Below are positions 9,187-20,708 of a stretch of DNA of 64,000 nt, in pieces. Position 1 is the stretch's first letter. Every line of letters begins with the position of its first letter. The translations under genes and the position numbers were made by a program. The stretch is from Macrostomum lignano (Eukaryota): positions 1 through 64,000 of the forward strand of contig NIVC01002121.1 in the NCBI GenBank assembly GCA_002269645.1. The letters run 5' to 3'. The notes beneath the pieces were generated by a model. That model was given only the letters and a program-made list of their open reading frames with translations, was not told where the DNA came from and made no database searches.

Positions 9187-9855
9187 ATGGGCAACGCACT
9201 GTCGAAACAGGCGCCCCAGCCTCAGCAGCTATATGACTGCCCGATATGTTTAACTGATGACTTGGCTGTCAAGCCACCGACTATTTGCATCAATGGACAT
9301 AAAGTTTGCGGACAATGTTTAAGTGATTCACACTATATTCAGCCCTGGCAGAGTTGTCCCCTCTGTAGAGATAGTTTGCGACAATGTGCCTATTGTTATT
9401 CTTGGCGCACGTTTCAATATTGTAACCACCAACATTTTATTTGCATGCACTGTTTGAAGCAAACCGCTAGTAGGGGCATTATAGGATGCCCCTTATGTAA
9501 CAGTATGCCCCGCGAAAACACTTTTAAGAAATGGTGTCGGATTATACCTGACCCAGCGCGTTGTTTATCCGTTTACACTATGCACACCTTAACCGCTATG
9601 AGTATCGAACGGCGGCTGGAGTTTTGGCCTGTACCTCGCTTCGTTCAGCGGTCGCGACGACAGCTACTATTATATGCTCATAGAAATCAAGGATTTTTGC
9701 GTCATTTGTCACCCTTGGAGATTGAGCGACATTTGCGGCAGTTTTTGCATGACCACGAATCATTTCACTGGACGCTACACGTATACTGCCACGCGCTTAA
9801 ACGATTAGTGCTCTCACGTAGCTATTTTATTTGGCTTTTTAGGTCTCACCGATAG
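9187..9855 (+). CDS. RING-A: tandem C3HC4-type RING protein with N-terminal MGNALSK myristoylation motif
   Basis: CPIC..CINGHKVCGQC..CPLC and CAYC..CNHQHFICMHC..CPLC; conserved in several copies. Confidence 0.85.
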   Translation: MGNALSKQAPQPQQLYDCPICLTDDLAVKPPTICINGHKVCGQCLSDSHYIQPWQSCPLCRDSLRQCAYCYSWRTFQYCNHQHFICMHCLKQTASRGIIGCPLCNSMPRENTFKKWCRIIPDPARCLSVYTMHTLTAMSIERRLEFWPVPRFVQRSRRQLLLYAHRNQGFLRHLSPLEIERHLRQFLHDHESFHWTLHVYCHALKRLVLSRSYFIWLFRSHR

Positions 9856-9925
9856 AACATATGCTTGTTACGTATCTTGAATAATCCTCAATCGTTCTAA
9901 CTATACCTATACCTATCGCCCACAG

Positions 9926-10557
9926 ATGACCGAGATGGATACCTGCCCCTGCTGCCTCGAGGCACGGAGCCGATGCTCCCGACTTGTGAATGGGGGCACC
10001 AGGTGTGCTTCCCCTGCGACGAGCGGGCGCGAGAAATTGGCGACGTGACGATCCTTACCGCCTGCCCCGTCTGTCGCAGACCGCGGGTCCAATGTGCCCT
10101 TTGCGGCGACCAGCCCAATGTACGACTCTGTTCAAATCGGCATTGGGTGTGTTTCAGCTGTCTTCAGCGGTACGGTGCACGAGACATCATGACGTGCACC
10201 GTGTGCCTGGCTCCGCTGTCCAACACAGCATCCGTACTACTGGCACCGATGCTCGCCGTACCGGAGCTAACGCTGGCGGAGCCGGATGAGCTAACCCTGG
10301 AACAGCTGGCCGTCGCCGTACGAACGTGGCCATGGCCGCTTCAGCATCAGGCCGACTGGCGGTGGTTACTAGACATCGCCAGGACTATGGTGCGTACAGC
10401 AGAACCGCTTACGACCATAGAGGCCTATCTGCTTTTGCTGGAGCGGACCGAGGATCCGCGATTCACTAAGTTTCAGTCGCTGTACTGGGCAGTGGCATCC
10501 CTGGTGGCGCGAACCACGCATCAGGTGAGCAGCCTGCTCAGGACAAGCTTCGGCTGA
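9926..10557 (+). CDS. RING-B: tandem RING protein, paralogue of RING-A (1-bp deletion at ~9965 in this copy)
   Basis: CPCC..CEWGHQVCFPC..CPVC and CALC..CSNRHWVCFSC..CTVC; intact 210-aa version at 37098-37730. Confidence 0.8.
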
Positions 10558-10760
10558 ATGCCTCGGCAGCAGCGCGAGGACAGCAGGTATCCCCGGCAGA
10601 AGACATGATTAACTTTAACTGAGCGTGGACTCAACACCACTAACCTTTATTAACACACAATGTATATTACGTGCATATATGTTAATAAAGAGAATTATGT
10701 AACCAATTTAAAGTTAAAGTATGGAATAATTCAATTACCCAAGATTTTTATTTCATTGTT

Positions 10761-10799
10761 AAAACTCGGGACGAGTTTTTTCGTAAAAAAGGGAGATTT
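10761..10799 (+). promoter_or_regulatory. Hairpin AAAACTCG-GGA-CGAGTTTT followed by polypurine tract AAAAAAGGGAG
   Basis: Directly precedes each family-G 3' LTR seen with its internal flank. Confidence 0.8.
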
Positions 10800-11663
10800 T
10801 GTAGAGTGTTCTACCTCCCGTTAAAAAAGGAAAAAAGAAGATAATCGTATAATACTACTATAAGTAAGTAAGTACACGCATGTGCGCCTAAGCTTTGAAT
10901 GAATCACGCTACCAGAAAAAGATGTTACCAGAATAATACGCCATGAGCCATTTTCCCCTTTTAGCGCAACACGTGAATTGTCATGATACTATTTTGGATC
11001 AAAAACTTGTCTATAAATACAAGCGATCTGAAGCGGTACCGGAGCCATTCTCCCCACGGAAGAGGAGCGCTCCGAAGAGGAAGCCTTAGGAGGACTTCCT
11101 GATCTACCAAGTCAATCGAGACTCGGTCGAGTTGTTGCGGTAAGCCTTCCTTATTTGCGCCCGTTGTGTTAGAGACGTCTCGCTCAAGTCTATTGAGACT
11201 TGAGTCTAATTGAGTCTGTTGAGACTCTTGAGTCTGTTTAGACTCCATTGGTTGCAGTCTCCAGAAGGACTGCCCCTGATAGATCTTAGAGGACTATCAG
11301 TGGTTTCCGGAGCTATACCTAGAGTGCATAGAGGCACTGCTAGAAGAAGGAGGCTTAATTTAGACCGCAGTTTGGCGCAGGGTACCCATTGTTGCTACGA
11401 GGCCTCTGATTGGTCCTGACGGAAGATACCGGCCGGAAGAACTTATCGGAAGTACAAGAGGAACCAGGACCAGAGCAACTGAAGAATCAAGGCGCCTGAT
11501 CTACGAGATCTACTGACAAGTTCCTAGCGAGAACTACTCAAGAAATTCAAATCCGGATTAAAGGTAATTGAATACCTTCGTTTGACTTACTGGGTTGCCT
11601 AGCTGTTGAGCTAGAAGTGATTGTTCCTTGATTATCGAAAGTCGGGTAATAAGGAACACATCA
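10800..11663 (+). repeat. 3' LTR, subtype A (864 bp)
   Basis: TGTAGAG...CATCA, preceded by PPT. Confidence 0.95.
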
Positions 11664-14450
11664 CTCGGACTCATCAACAACGCGAAAGCAAGGATCATTG
11701 TTCGTGAGGATTACTGTCCGAAGTTTCACAAGAGCAGACCTGTACCGTTTGCAATGAAGAAGCTTATTGAGGACGAACTCAATAACCTTGTCAACGAAGG
11801 GATCATATCAAAGCTGAGTTCATCAGATTGTGCTTCTCCCATTGTGCCAGTGCTGAAGAAAGATGGGAAATCAATCAGGATCTGCGCGGACTTCAAGAGG
11901 ACTATGAATCCACAGCTGGAAGTGGACAAGTATCCACTGCCTCGACAGGAGGAAATGTTTGCTACTTTGAATGGTGGGAAGTACTTTTCCAAGCTGGACA
12001 TTTCTCAAGCTTTTCTGCAGCTGGAGTTGGAAGAAAGCAGCAGAAAATTTACGACCATCAATACACACTTGGGATTGTATCAGTACAATCGACTAACAAT
12101 GGGCTTGGCTTCTGCTCCTGCTCAGTTCCAAGAAGCGATTGAGAAAATTCTCTGTGGACTGGAAGTTGTTGCTTACATCGATGATATTCTAATATCGGGA
12201 AGGTCACTCGAGGAACACGATCAGAAACTGCATAAAGTGTTGAAGACACTGCAATACAGGGGTGTCAGACTCAACAAGGACAAGTGCAAGTTTCGGCTGC
12301 AAAAAGTAGAATTCATGGGTCATATTATCAATAATGACGGACTGCACCCATCTCCTGACAAGGTAATTGCTGTGAGAAACGCACCGAATCCTACCAGTGT
12401 GTCCGAGGTTCGATCCTTGGTTGGACTTATTAACTACTATGGGAAATTCATACCCAACTCATCAACTGTTCTGGCGCCACTCAACCGACTCCTGAGAAAC
12501 GATGTGACATTCAGCTGGAGCAGTCAGTGCCAAGCTGCTTTGGACTCTGTGAAGTCAATTCTGACATCGGACCGGCTGCTGGTGCATTTCGACCCAAAGA
12601 AGCCGATCATCCTACACACTGATGCTTCGAAGTATGGGCTCGGATGTGTTCTGTCCCACACAATGCCAGGTGGTGCCGAGCTGCCTATCAGTTACGCATC
12701 AAGGACACTGTCACCAGCGGAGCAGAATTATTCTCAGCTGGAAAAAGAAGCGCTATCAATCATATTCGGGATCAAGAAGATCCATCAGTATCTATTCGGG
12801 AACAAGTTTATTTTGGTAACAGACCATAAGCCTCTAATTACTATTTTCGGAGAAAAGAAGGACATCCTGAGCATCGCAGCTAGCAGATTGCAACGTTGGG
12901 CAGTCTTGCTCTCTGCTCATCAGTACGAGATAAGATTTCGAAAGACAGAGGACCATGGCAACGCTGATGCGTTATCCAGGTTGCCATTGCCAAGTTCGAC
13001 GTCCCGAGTGGACAAAGTCATGGAACGTCGACTTCAAGAACTGCCTATCACCGCTGTCGAGATTCGTCGAGAGACAGCCAGGGATCCTATCCTGAGCAAG
13101 GTAATCAGGTTCTGCCAGAACGGTTGGCCGGAGAAATGTGAATTTGAGCTTGAGATATACCGTCAGAAAGGAAACGAACTCTGTCTTGAGCAGGGAGTCA
13201 TCTTCTGGGGTATACGCGCCATCATTCCATCTAGCCTCCAACACCAAGTTTTGGACCTGCTGCACGAAGGACACCCTGGGATTGTATCGATGAAATCGAT
13301 CGCTCGCCTGCACGTTTGGTTTCCGGGAATCGACCAACAGATTGAAAGAGCTGTGAAACAATGCAAGGGATGCGAACTGCAGCGAAGCAAACCACCAGAA
13401 TCTGCTGTTCACCCGTTGAGTTGGCCAGAAAAGCCATGGACGAGACTTCAGGCAGATTTTTTCGGACCGTGTTTCGGATTCAATTGGTTGGTAATCGTGG
13501 ATGCCACATCAAAATGGGTAGAGGTTTTTCCAATGAAAGTTTCCAGTGCCGCGAACACCATTCAACGCTTTCGAGAGACATTTGCTCGGTTTGGAATACC
13601 TCGACAGATACTGACCGACAATGGAAGCCAGTTTGCATCACAGGAGTTTGCTGAATTCACCAAGCGAAATAACATCCATCACATCTTCAGTGCTGTAGGA
13701 CATCCAAGAACCAACGGGCTCAGTGAGCGAATGGTTCAAACAGCCAAGAATGCGATCAGAGCAGGCATGAAGAGCCACGGTGATGCCATGCTGAGCCTGC
13801 ACAATTTCCTATTCCGCTATAGAAGCACGCCTCATAGCACGACGGGCAAGTCACCTGCCGAGATGATGCTTGCGTATGCAAGACGGACAAAGCTGGACTT
13901 CCTGAAGCCAGACACATACGGGAGAGTCCTGGATTCGCAAAGTAAGCAGATGATGCGCCGGGAACATATTCCTCACCGAGAGTTTCAGGCTGGAGATATA
14001 GTGCTAGCTCTTGATTTCAGGAGGGAAAAAGAAAACAAGTGGGCTCAAGCCAAAGTGTTGAAACAGACTGGGCCGCTGTCCTACCACGTGGAAGTCAACG
14101 GACGAATCTGGAAACGACACGTGGATCATCTGATCAAATCTGAAACCGAAGTTGTGCCCCAGCCACAGTGTGATTTCGACACAGAACTAACGCAAGCACA
14201 CAATGCCAAGAATAGCTACAAGTTGAAAAAGGATGCAAAAGAGGAAGCTGAATCGACGGGACCAAATCTAGAGCATCATGGTCAGACTGGCAAGTCTTCG
14301 CGGGCCATAGACAAAACTCGAAAGTTAGCCGCGTCATCAAGCTTCGATATCAAGCCAAAGGACGGCCAAGATGTCAAACAGCATCCGAACCAACGTGTTT
14401 TGCGTGACCGGTCAAAACTGAAGAAACCGGATTTTTTTGTTGCGAATTAA
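11664..14450 (+). CDS. pol: 5'-interrupted pol (RT-RH-IN) of an unrelated Mag/K02A2.6-like gypsy element
   Basis: RPVPFA, DKYPLP, YIDD, TDASKYGLG, LHEGHPG..C..C, TDNGSQF, ERMV. The true 5' boundary is the family-G LTR end. Confidence 0.9.
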   Translation, partial: LGLINNAKARIIVREDYCPKFHKSRPVPFAMKKLIEDELNNLVNEGIISKLSSSDCASPIVPVLKKDGKSIRICADFKRTMNPQLEVDKYPLPRQEEMFATLNGGKYFSKLDISQAFLQLELEESSRKFTTINTHLGLYQYNRLTMGLASAPAQFQEAIEKILCGLEVVAYIDDILISGRSLEEHDQKLHKVLKTLQYRGVRLNKDKCKFRLQKVEFMGHIINNDGLHPSPDKVIAVRNAPNPTSVSEVRSLVGLINYYGKFIPNSSTVLAPLNRLLRNDVTFSWSSQCQAALDSVKSILTSDRLLVHFDPKKPIILHTDASKYGLGCVLSHTMPGGAELPISYASRTLSPAEQNYSQLEKEALSIIFGIKKIHQYLFGNKFILVTDHKPLITIFGEKKDILSIAASRLQRWAVLLSAHQYEIRFRKTEDHGNADALSRLPLPSSTSRVDKVMERRLQELPITAVEIRRETARDPILSKVIRFCQNGWPEKCEFELEIYRQKGNELCLEQGVIFWGIRAIIPSSLQHQVLDLLHEGHPGIVSMKSIARLHVWFPGIDQQIERAVKQCKGCELQRSKPPESAVHPLSWPEKPWTRLQADFFGPCFGFNWLVIVDATSKWVEVFPMKVSSAANTIQRFRETFARFGIPRQILTDNGSQFASQEFAEFTKRNNIHHIFSAVGHPRTNGLSERMVQTAKNAIRAGMKSHGDAMLSLHNFLFRYRSTPHSTTGKSPAEMMLAYARRTKLDFLKPDTYGRVLDSQSKQMMRREHIPHREFQAGDIVLALDFRREKENKWAQAKVLKQTGPLSYHVEVNGRIWKRHVDHLIKSETEVVPQPQCDFDTELTQAHNAKNSYKLKKDAKEEAESTGPNLEHHGQTGKSSRAIDKTRKLAASSSFDIKPKDGQDVKQHPNQRVLRDRSKLKKPDFFVAN

Positions 14451-14499
14451 CTGAACTGAACTGTTTTGACTGAACAATTTTTTTAAAGAAAAGGAGGAA

Positions 14500-14701
14500 T
14501 GATATGTATGCCTTTTAGTACGAACTATGTCTATGGGCCAGACTGCGAGCTGAAGTTGAGCTGGATTAAAAGAGAGACAGTTCGCTAAGTTAGACGCTAA
14601 CGTGCGAGAAATACACACGGCGTAAAAGCCAGAGCCTTGAGCTGACTAAACTTCTAAGTTGCTTTACTTAGTGACTACGTGATTTGTGCAAAGACGTAAC
14701 A
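14500..14701 (+). repeat. Short 3' LTR (~200 bp) of the Mag-like element
   Basis: PPT AAAGAAAAGGAGGAA then TGATATG...GTAACA. Confidence 0.7.
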
Positions 14702-14705
14702 ATTT

Positions 14706-15770
14706 TGTAGAGTGTTCTACCTCCCGTAAAGAAGACATAAAAGTGTTAATGTACTACTCACACATTTTATTTAGTAGTAAATTGAAGAGCATGAATAAAG
14801 GTATGCTTTGAACTATGCGTAGATTCTGACTAACCAATAGGAAAAGAGAGACCTCGAGCATGCTAAATTTAGAAATCACCCAATCACGTGTAACCTGTAC
14901 GTGTCGAACGCAAACCCCAGGAAAGATGCATCATTCAACCGTACGCACGTGATTCAATCAAATGTAACTAAAAATAACTCGAATGCGATGACCAATCACG
15001 CGCTTTTACACTGAACCAATGGAGTAACTTTCTACCCTGCCAAGTTTGACAGCAACCAAACCGTGACCTTTTTGACAGCTGAAGAGTTGGACCCACGTGA
15101 CATCATGAGGGTCCATTTGCCTATAAATACAAGTGGTCCGGAACGGACCCGGAGCCACAATTTCTCCGGAAGGAGAAGAGCTCCGAAGAGGAAGCCACAG
15201 TCGGACTTCCTGGACCAAGACTCGGTCGGTTGTTGCGGTAAGCCTTCCTTATTTGCGCCCGTTGTGTTAGAGACGTCTCGCTCAAGTCCAGTGTGACTTG
15301 AGTTTGGTTTGAGTCTGTTGAGACTCTTGAGTCTGTTTAGACTCCACTAGTTGCAGTCTCCAGAAGGACTGCCCCTGATAGATCTTAGAAGACTATCAGT
15401 GGTTTCCGGAGCTATTCCTAGAGTGTATAGAGGCACTGCTAGAAGAAGGAGGCTTAATTAAGACCGCAGTTTGGCGCAGGGTACCCATTGTTAATTTGGA
15501 AGCTTCCTATTGGTCCGAACGACAGATTCCGGCCGGAACTACTTCTACGAAGAAGAAGGAAACTCGGACCAGGTCTACGCCTGAAGACAACTAGACGTCT
15601 ACGAGATCTACTGAGAGATCTACGGTTGAGGACATCTCAAAGACGAGATCTACGAATCCGGATTAAAGGTAATTAGATACCTTCTGTTGACTCACTGGGT
15701 TGCCTAGCTACAGAGCTAGAAGTGATTGTTCCTTGATTACTGCTGAGGACTGGTAATAAGGAACACATCA
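14706..15770 (+). repeat. Family-G LTR, subtype B
   Basis: Same termini as subtype A with a different U3; preceded by ATTT as at PPT junctions. Confidence 0.9.
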
Positions 15771-18700
15771 TTAGCACTAACGTTTCAAAAGAAACCGGTC
15801 GAGCAAAAGCTGAAATGCAAAGATACAGACAAGACACTATTCATCTCGGAGCAAGAAATACCAGTCTACGTAAAGGAGGACGACAAACAAACTTTTCTGG
15901 CAATCATCAATGGAACGTACAATTAACTCGAACGACAAGACAGACAACGACGCGACATAGAACGACCAAAACTAGTGTTAAACCGACTACTATCAGCGAA
16001 GATCACGGCTTTGGATCACAATCTGCATAACCAGCTAAACCACTTACACCGATCACTGGTTCAGCTAACTTGCAAAATGCACGCGATCAACCTGAATTAC
16101 GCGAGACAAAACTACTACGTCAACCCTACGATGACATTTCGCAAAATCACTGGAATGACAAACGTTTTGGCGATTCCAATATACGGACATCTTCTAATAT
16201 ACAAGTGCACACCAATTCAGCACTTCAACATCTTGCCGTCAAACACGTCAACGACATGCTATGACAAGCCGAGAATTGAAGCATTCTACGAAGGAAAAAG
16301 GATACAGGGATTCTTGGACACGGTCCACAACATCATCGTTGGCACCGCCATACCAAGACCTTGCACGACTGCAGCGAACTACTATCAACTAGACGATGCA
16401 CTACATGTCATCAAGACAACGGGAACGACAGCGAACATCACAGAACCGGAAGAAATCGTTGATGAAACTTACGACATGGAAGACTAAAAAATACGATTCA
16501 ACAGAACGAAATATACTCCGTTCGCCGATATCCAACTTGATGAGATAACACCAGGATGGACCATCAACGACTTTCTGCAAGTGTTTATCACACAACGTAA
16601 GATGATTCGCCAATTGTTCACACGAAAGGATAAAGGAACTGGAACGAGCAGATTCCCGGTACTCGTTAATATGGACAACGCTATACAGTCGTTTTGGACA
16701 AATAGCTTCTTGGAGCTACTAAACGGAAGAGGCAGCCTCTACCAAGGCTTCATCTTCTACAGCGCTTGTGTCGTATGGCTCGTCACGGCAATTTTTATCA
16801 TCTCGTCATTGGTACGATGTTTCAAAAACGCTTGCCCTAAGGCAAAGAGAACAGTGAACGCAATCATGCAACAGGCGACAATGGAAGAAGACAACAACTT
16901 GGAATTGACAGAAAACACACAACAGGAAACTCAAGGAGAGCCAACAGTATCAACGCGACTGTATCCATCGATTCCGACAACACCAACGGCACCGAGAATG
17001 CAACCGCCTACTTACCAGCCGGAGCGTCACGAACCAAAATGGCCAGAAAATTACGTTTGCACGCTACACGCTGAGATTGGCAAAGCAATGGCTCAAGTTG
17101 TCGTCAACAACCTACCCTGTCGAGCGCTACTGGACTCCGGCAGCTCCATCACAGTTATATCAAAGCAACTGTGCAACAAACTACGACTAGCGCTACGACC
17201 AGCAACAATCGCAGTTGCAGGAGCAGGACATTCACTAAACATTCTGGGAAAAGTCGACATCGATTTAAGGATAGCTAATAAGCAACTGACGGTTCCGACG
17301 TACGTCATCGACAAACTGCCAAACCAAGACGTTATCGTTGGAATCGAAACGTTCAAGCAGCTTCGACTACCATTGACCTTCGACTTCAATAAACAGACGT
17401 TCAAAATCGACACGGTCGAACAGCCACTAGTCAACCAAATTCGAGTACTACCAAAAGTGACATTGCAGCAAGACGTCATCATCCAACCTGAAAGCGCATG
17501 CTGGGTCAGAGCAAGAGCAACCAGTGCGGCGGATGAAGCAATGATATTCGATCCGAATAAAAGGGTCATGGCGAAACATCAAATTATGATGCCTACAGCT
17601 CTAGTACTGGTCGCACAAGACAAACAATTGCCAGTACAGATATTCAATCCAAACACGGAAACGGTACACCTTCGACAAGGAATGTGTATTGGTCATCTCA
17701 ACACCCAAGCGTCAGTTATGCTAATCGAACAGGCAACTCCACGACTAACGGAAGAGGAATTTCAGAAGATGATAAACTTAGATGACAGCCCGATCACGGA
17801 ACAGCAAAAAAAGCAAGTGCGACAACTATTGTGGAAGTACAACGACGCCTTCTGTCACCATGACTACGACATTGGACGAGCTAAAGACATCAAGCAAGAA
17901 ATCAAGCTTCTACCGCATACAGAACCGATTCAATGTAAACCGTACCCGATTGCCAAACATCTGCAAAGACATTTCGATGAAATTATCGACAAAATGCTGA
18001 AGCACGGCATCATCAGCAAGGCCATTTCAGCATACTCATCACCATGTCTCTTAGTACAGAAGAAAGAAACGAACGAAAGACCACTCGTATGCGATTTTAG
18101 ACTATTAAACAAACACATACCGACGGATCAACAAAGCCTACCAAAAATTTCGGAACTGCTAGCGAAGCTCAACACTGCGAAATTGTTCACGGTATTCGAT
18201 CTACGTCATGGATTTTGGCAGATAGAAATTGAGAAAGAATCGCGACAATATACGGCCTTCAAAACCTACAATGGACAAGTTTACGAATACAATCGTTCAC
18301 CGATGGGACTCAGCAACAGCCCAGCAACGATGGGTCGACTAACGGCATACATGTTAGCAGGATGCACAAACCTGCTACACTATGTCGACGACATCTTAGC
18401 CTACGGAGAAGATTTTGAACGACTCTACGCAGCTACGGAAAAGGCTCTAGCGCTTATCCAACATCAATGTCTTAAGCTGCAACCGACGAAATGCAAATTT
18501 TTCCGCGACAACGTACGTTATCTGGGACACCAGGTAACGGCCAAAGGAATCTCGCCGGATCCAGACAATGTGGAGAAAGTTAAAAAGTTTCCTACGCCAA
18601 CAAGCATAACGAAAGTACAATCATTTATCATTTCTTGGACTTGCGCAATACTTTCGGAAGTTCCTACCAAACTTCGCGAAAACAGCCAAGCCGCTGTACG

Positions 18701-20593
18701 ATTTGCTCAAGTTCGAAAATGGAAACAGGAGTACTGGACGCAACTACAGCAAGATAGCTTCGACGAAATCAAACGACAACTGACAACAGACGCACTACTA
18801 CAACACCCGGATTTCGACAGACCATTTATTATCGAGACGGATGCCTCAGGAACAGGACTCGGCGCAGTCCTGCTACAGGAAACGGACGACAGAAAAGAAC
18901 GACCCATCGCCTATGTCAGCCGAGCACTTAAACCAAACGAGACGAAATGGTCAGCAACAGAAAGAGAACTACTAGGAGTTCTGTTCGCACTACGAAAATT
19001 TCACTACTACATCTACGGCTCACCGCTACAGACACTGGTACGCACCGATCACGCACCGCTCACTTACGTGGTAACCACCAAAGGACAGACCAACAACAGA
19101 CTCATTAGAATGACGCTCAAGATCCAAGACTACAACTATAAGCTTGTCTACAAACCAGGAATCACGAACAAGGCTGCGGACGCTCTGTCAAGAGCCTACG
19201 AGGTTAACGCCATTCACCCGATTCCTAATATCAAGGAATTGGAAAATGAGACCGAGCAGGACAGCTTCTACAAAGCTGTTAAGACCGGCGGCACGGACAT
19301 CAAGCTAAGTCCAGTGGAACGCAAATTCCTGCGCACCCACACTTGACTATCAATAAGTCACGACTCTACTGGATGAGCGACAACAAACCAAGGATTTACG
19401 TGCCATACTCGTTTCGACGAGCCATATTGAACGAACTGCACGATAATCCCCTAGCTGGACACTTGTCAGCTACTAAGACTATCGGACGAGTGGAACAATA
19501 CTACTTTTGGCCGACTATGTACGGCGACATAAAGCAGTATTGCAACAACTGCCACTCATGCGCTGCATCAAAGACAGGACGACGACAAAAACCGCAACTA
19601 CAGTCAATACCGAAGTCAACAACAATGGACTGTCTCAGTATTGACATCACTGGACCGCTACCGCCAAGCTGTCTCAATGATGCAGCCTACACCTACATCT
19701 TGACAGCACTGGACATTTTCTCGAAGTTCGCCATCGCAATACCGATACCAGACATCACAGCACAGACAGTGGCAAGGTGTTTCTTCAATGACATCATTTG
19801 CAAGTACGGTTCACCAAAAACGCTCACGTCGGATAACGGATCACAGTTCGTATCACAGCTGTTTCAGCAAGTGGTAAAGATACTCAACATCACCCAGATC
19901 TACACGTCAACTTACAATCCGAAAGCTAACATGGTCGAACGGTTTCATCGCAATTTACATGAGATGATCACGCACTTCGCACATCAACAACCGGAAGATT
20001 GGATCATCTATCTACAATTGGTTACGATGGCTTACAACAGTGCCATTCACCGATCGACAGACAATACGCCATTTTTTCTGATGTTTGGACGAGACTTTCA
20101 GCCGCCAAACCTATTGGCTCAGCAACTGTTACCATCACAATATGTGGAAGTTCCGACATCTATCCAGAAATTTGTCACGCAGCTGCATCTAGCATGGAAG
20201 ATCGCCAAGCACAATATTGACAACCAAGTGGCTCTGACCACCGGCAACGACGCGAGATCAACGACTCTGACGGCCGGCGACATCGTCTACCTACACTATC
20301 CGCCACAGCAGACACATAAACATGCGCAAAAGTACAAAGGACCCTATCGAGTGGTCCAATTAACTTCACCGACAACGGCGTGTTTGGCTAATGTCCAAGA
20401 TCCTCACCAACATCAGTTCTACGTGCACATCCATCGACTAAAGAAAATTAACACGGACACGGCAACATTTCTGCCGTCACTAGACAACGCGGATCGCACG
20501 CGTTCAACGAATCGCCACGTAGCAACGAAGCACGTGGAGACACAGACTACAAGTGAGAATCAGCCGCATGGCTATAACCTACGACGACGCTAA
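15771..20593 (+). pseudogene. 5'-interrupted env-pol of a diverged family-G copy (several frameshifts)
   Basis: ORF pieces 15815, 15975, 16581 and 19343 are collinear with copy 1 from mid-env to the integrase end. Confidence 0.9.
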
Positions 20594-20708
20594 ATTTCGA
20601 GAACGACCCGTGTAGTGACCGGGATAAGAATAGCACTACAGCTTCGCAAGCTTGTCGTAAAAGGCGATTAATCTGAGCGACCAAGACACTAACTAAGTGA
20701 AGACGATT

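Larger units (their letters stand above)
1..11663 (+). mobile_element. Full-length env-bearing Ty3/gypsy LTR retrotransposon (family G, copy 1; first ~8 bp of 5' LTR lie outside the window)
   Basis: Near-identical LTRs at 1-854 and 10800-11663, PBS-like TGG after the 5' LTR, gag/env/pol, two RING ORFs, PPT before the 3' LTR. Confidence 0.95.

Noticed and set aside
9770-9810. TLHVYCHAL in the RING-A C-terminus as a BC-box
   Set aside because: Only a partial fit, and the paralogous RING-B position lacks it.
10684-10689. AATAAA in the 3' UTR as a poly(A) signal for RING transcripts
   Set aside because: Not conserved in several other copies of the 3' UTR.
11628-11663. ORF starts 'MIIESRVIRNT' / 'MFLDY' at 11628, 40786, 45220, 49399, 56693
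   Set aside because: Artefacts of a TTG in the LTR terminus running into whatever sequence the element inserted into.
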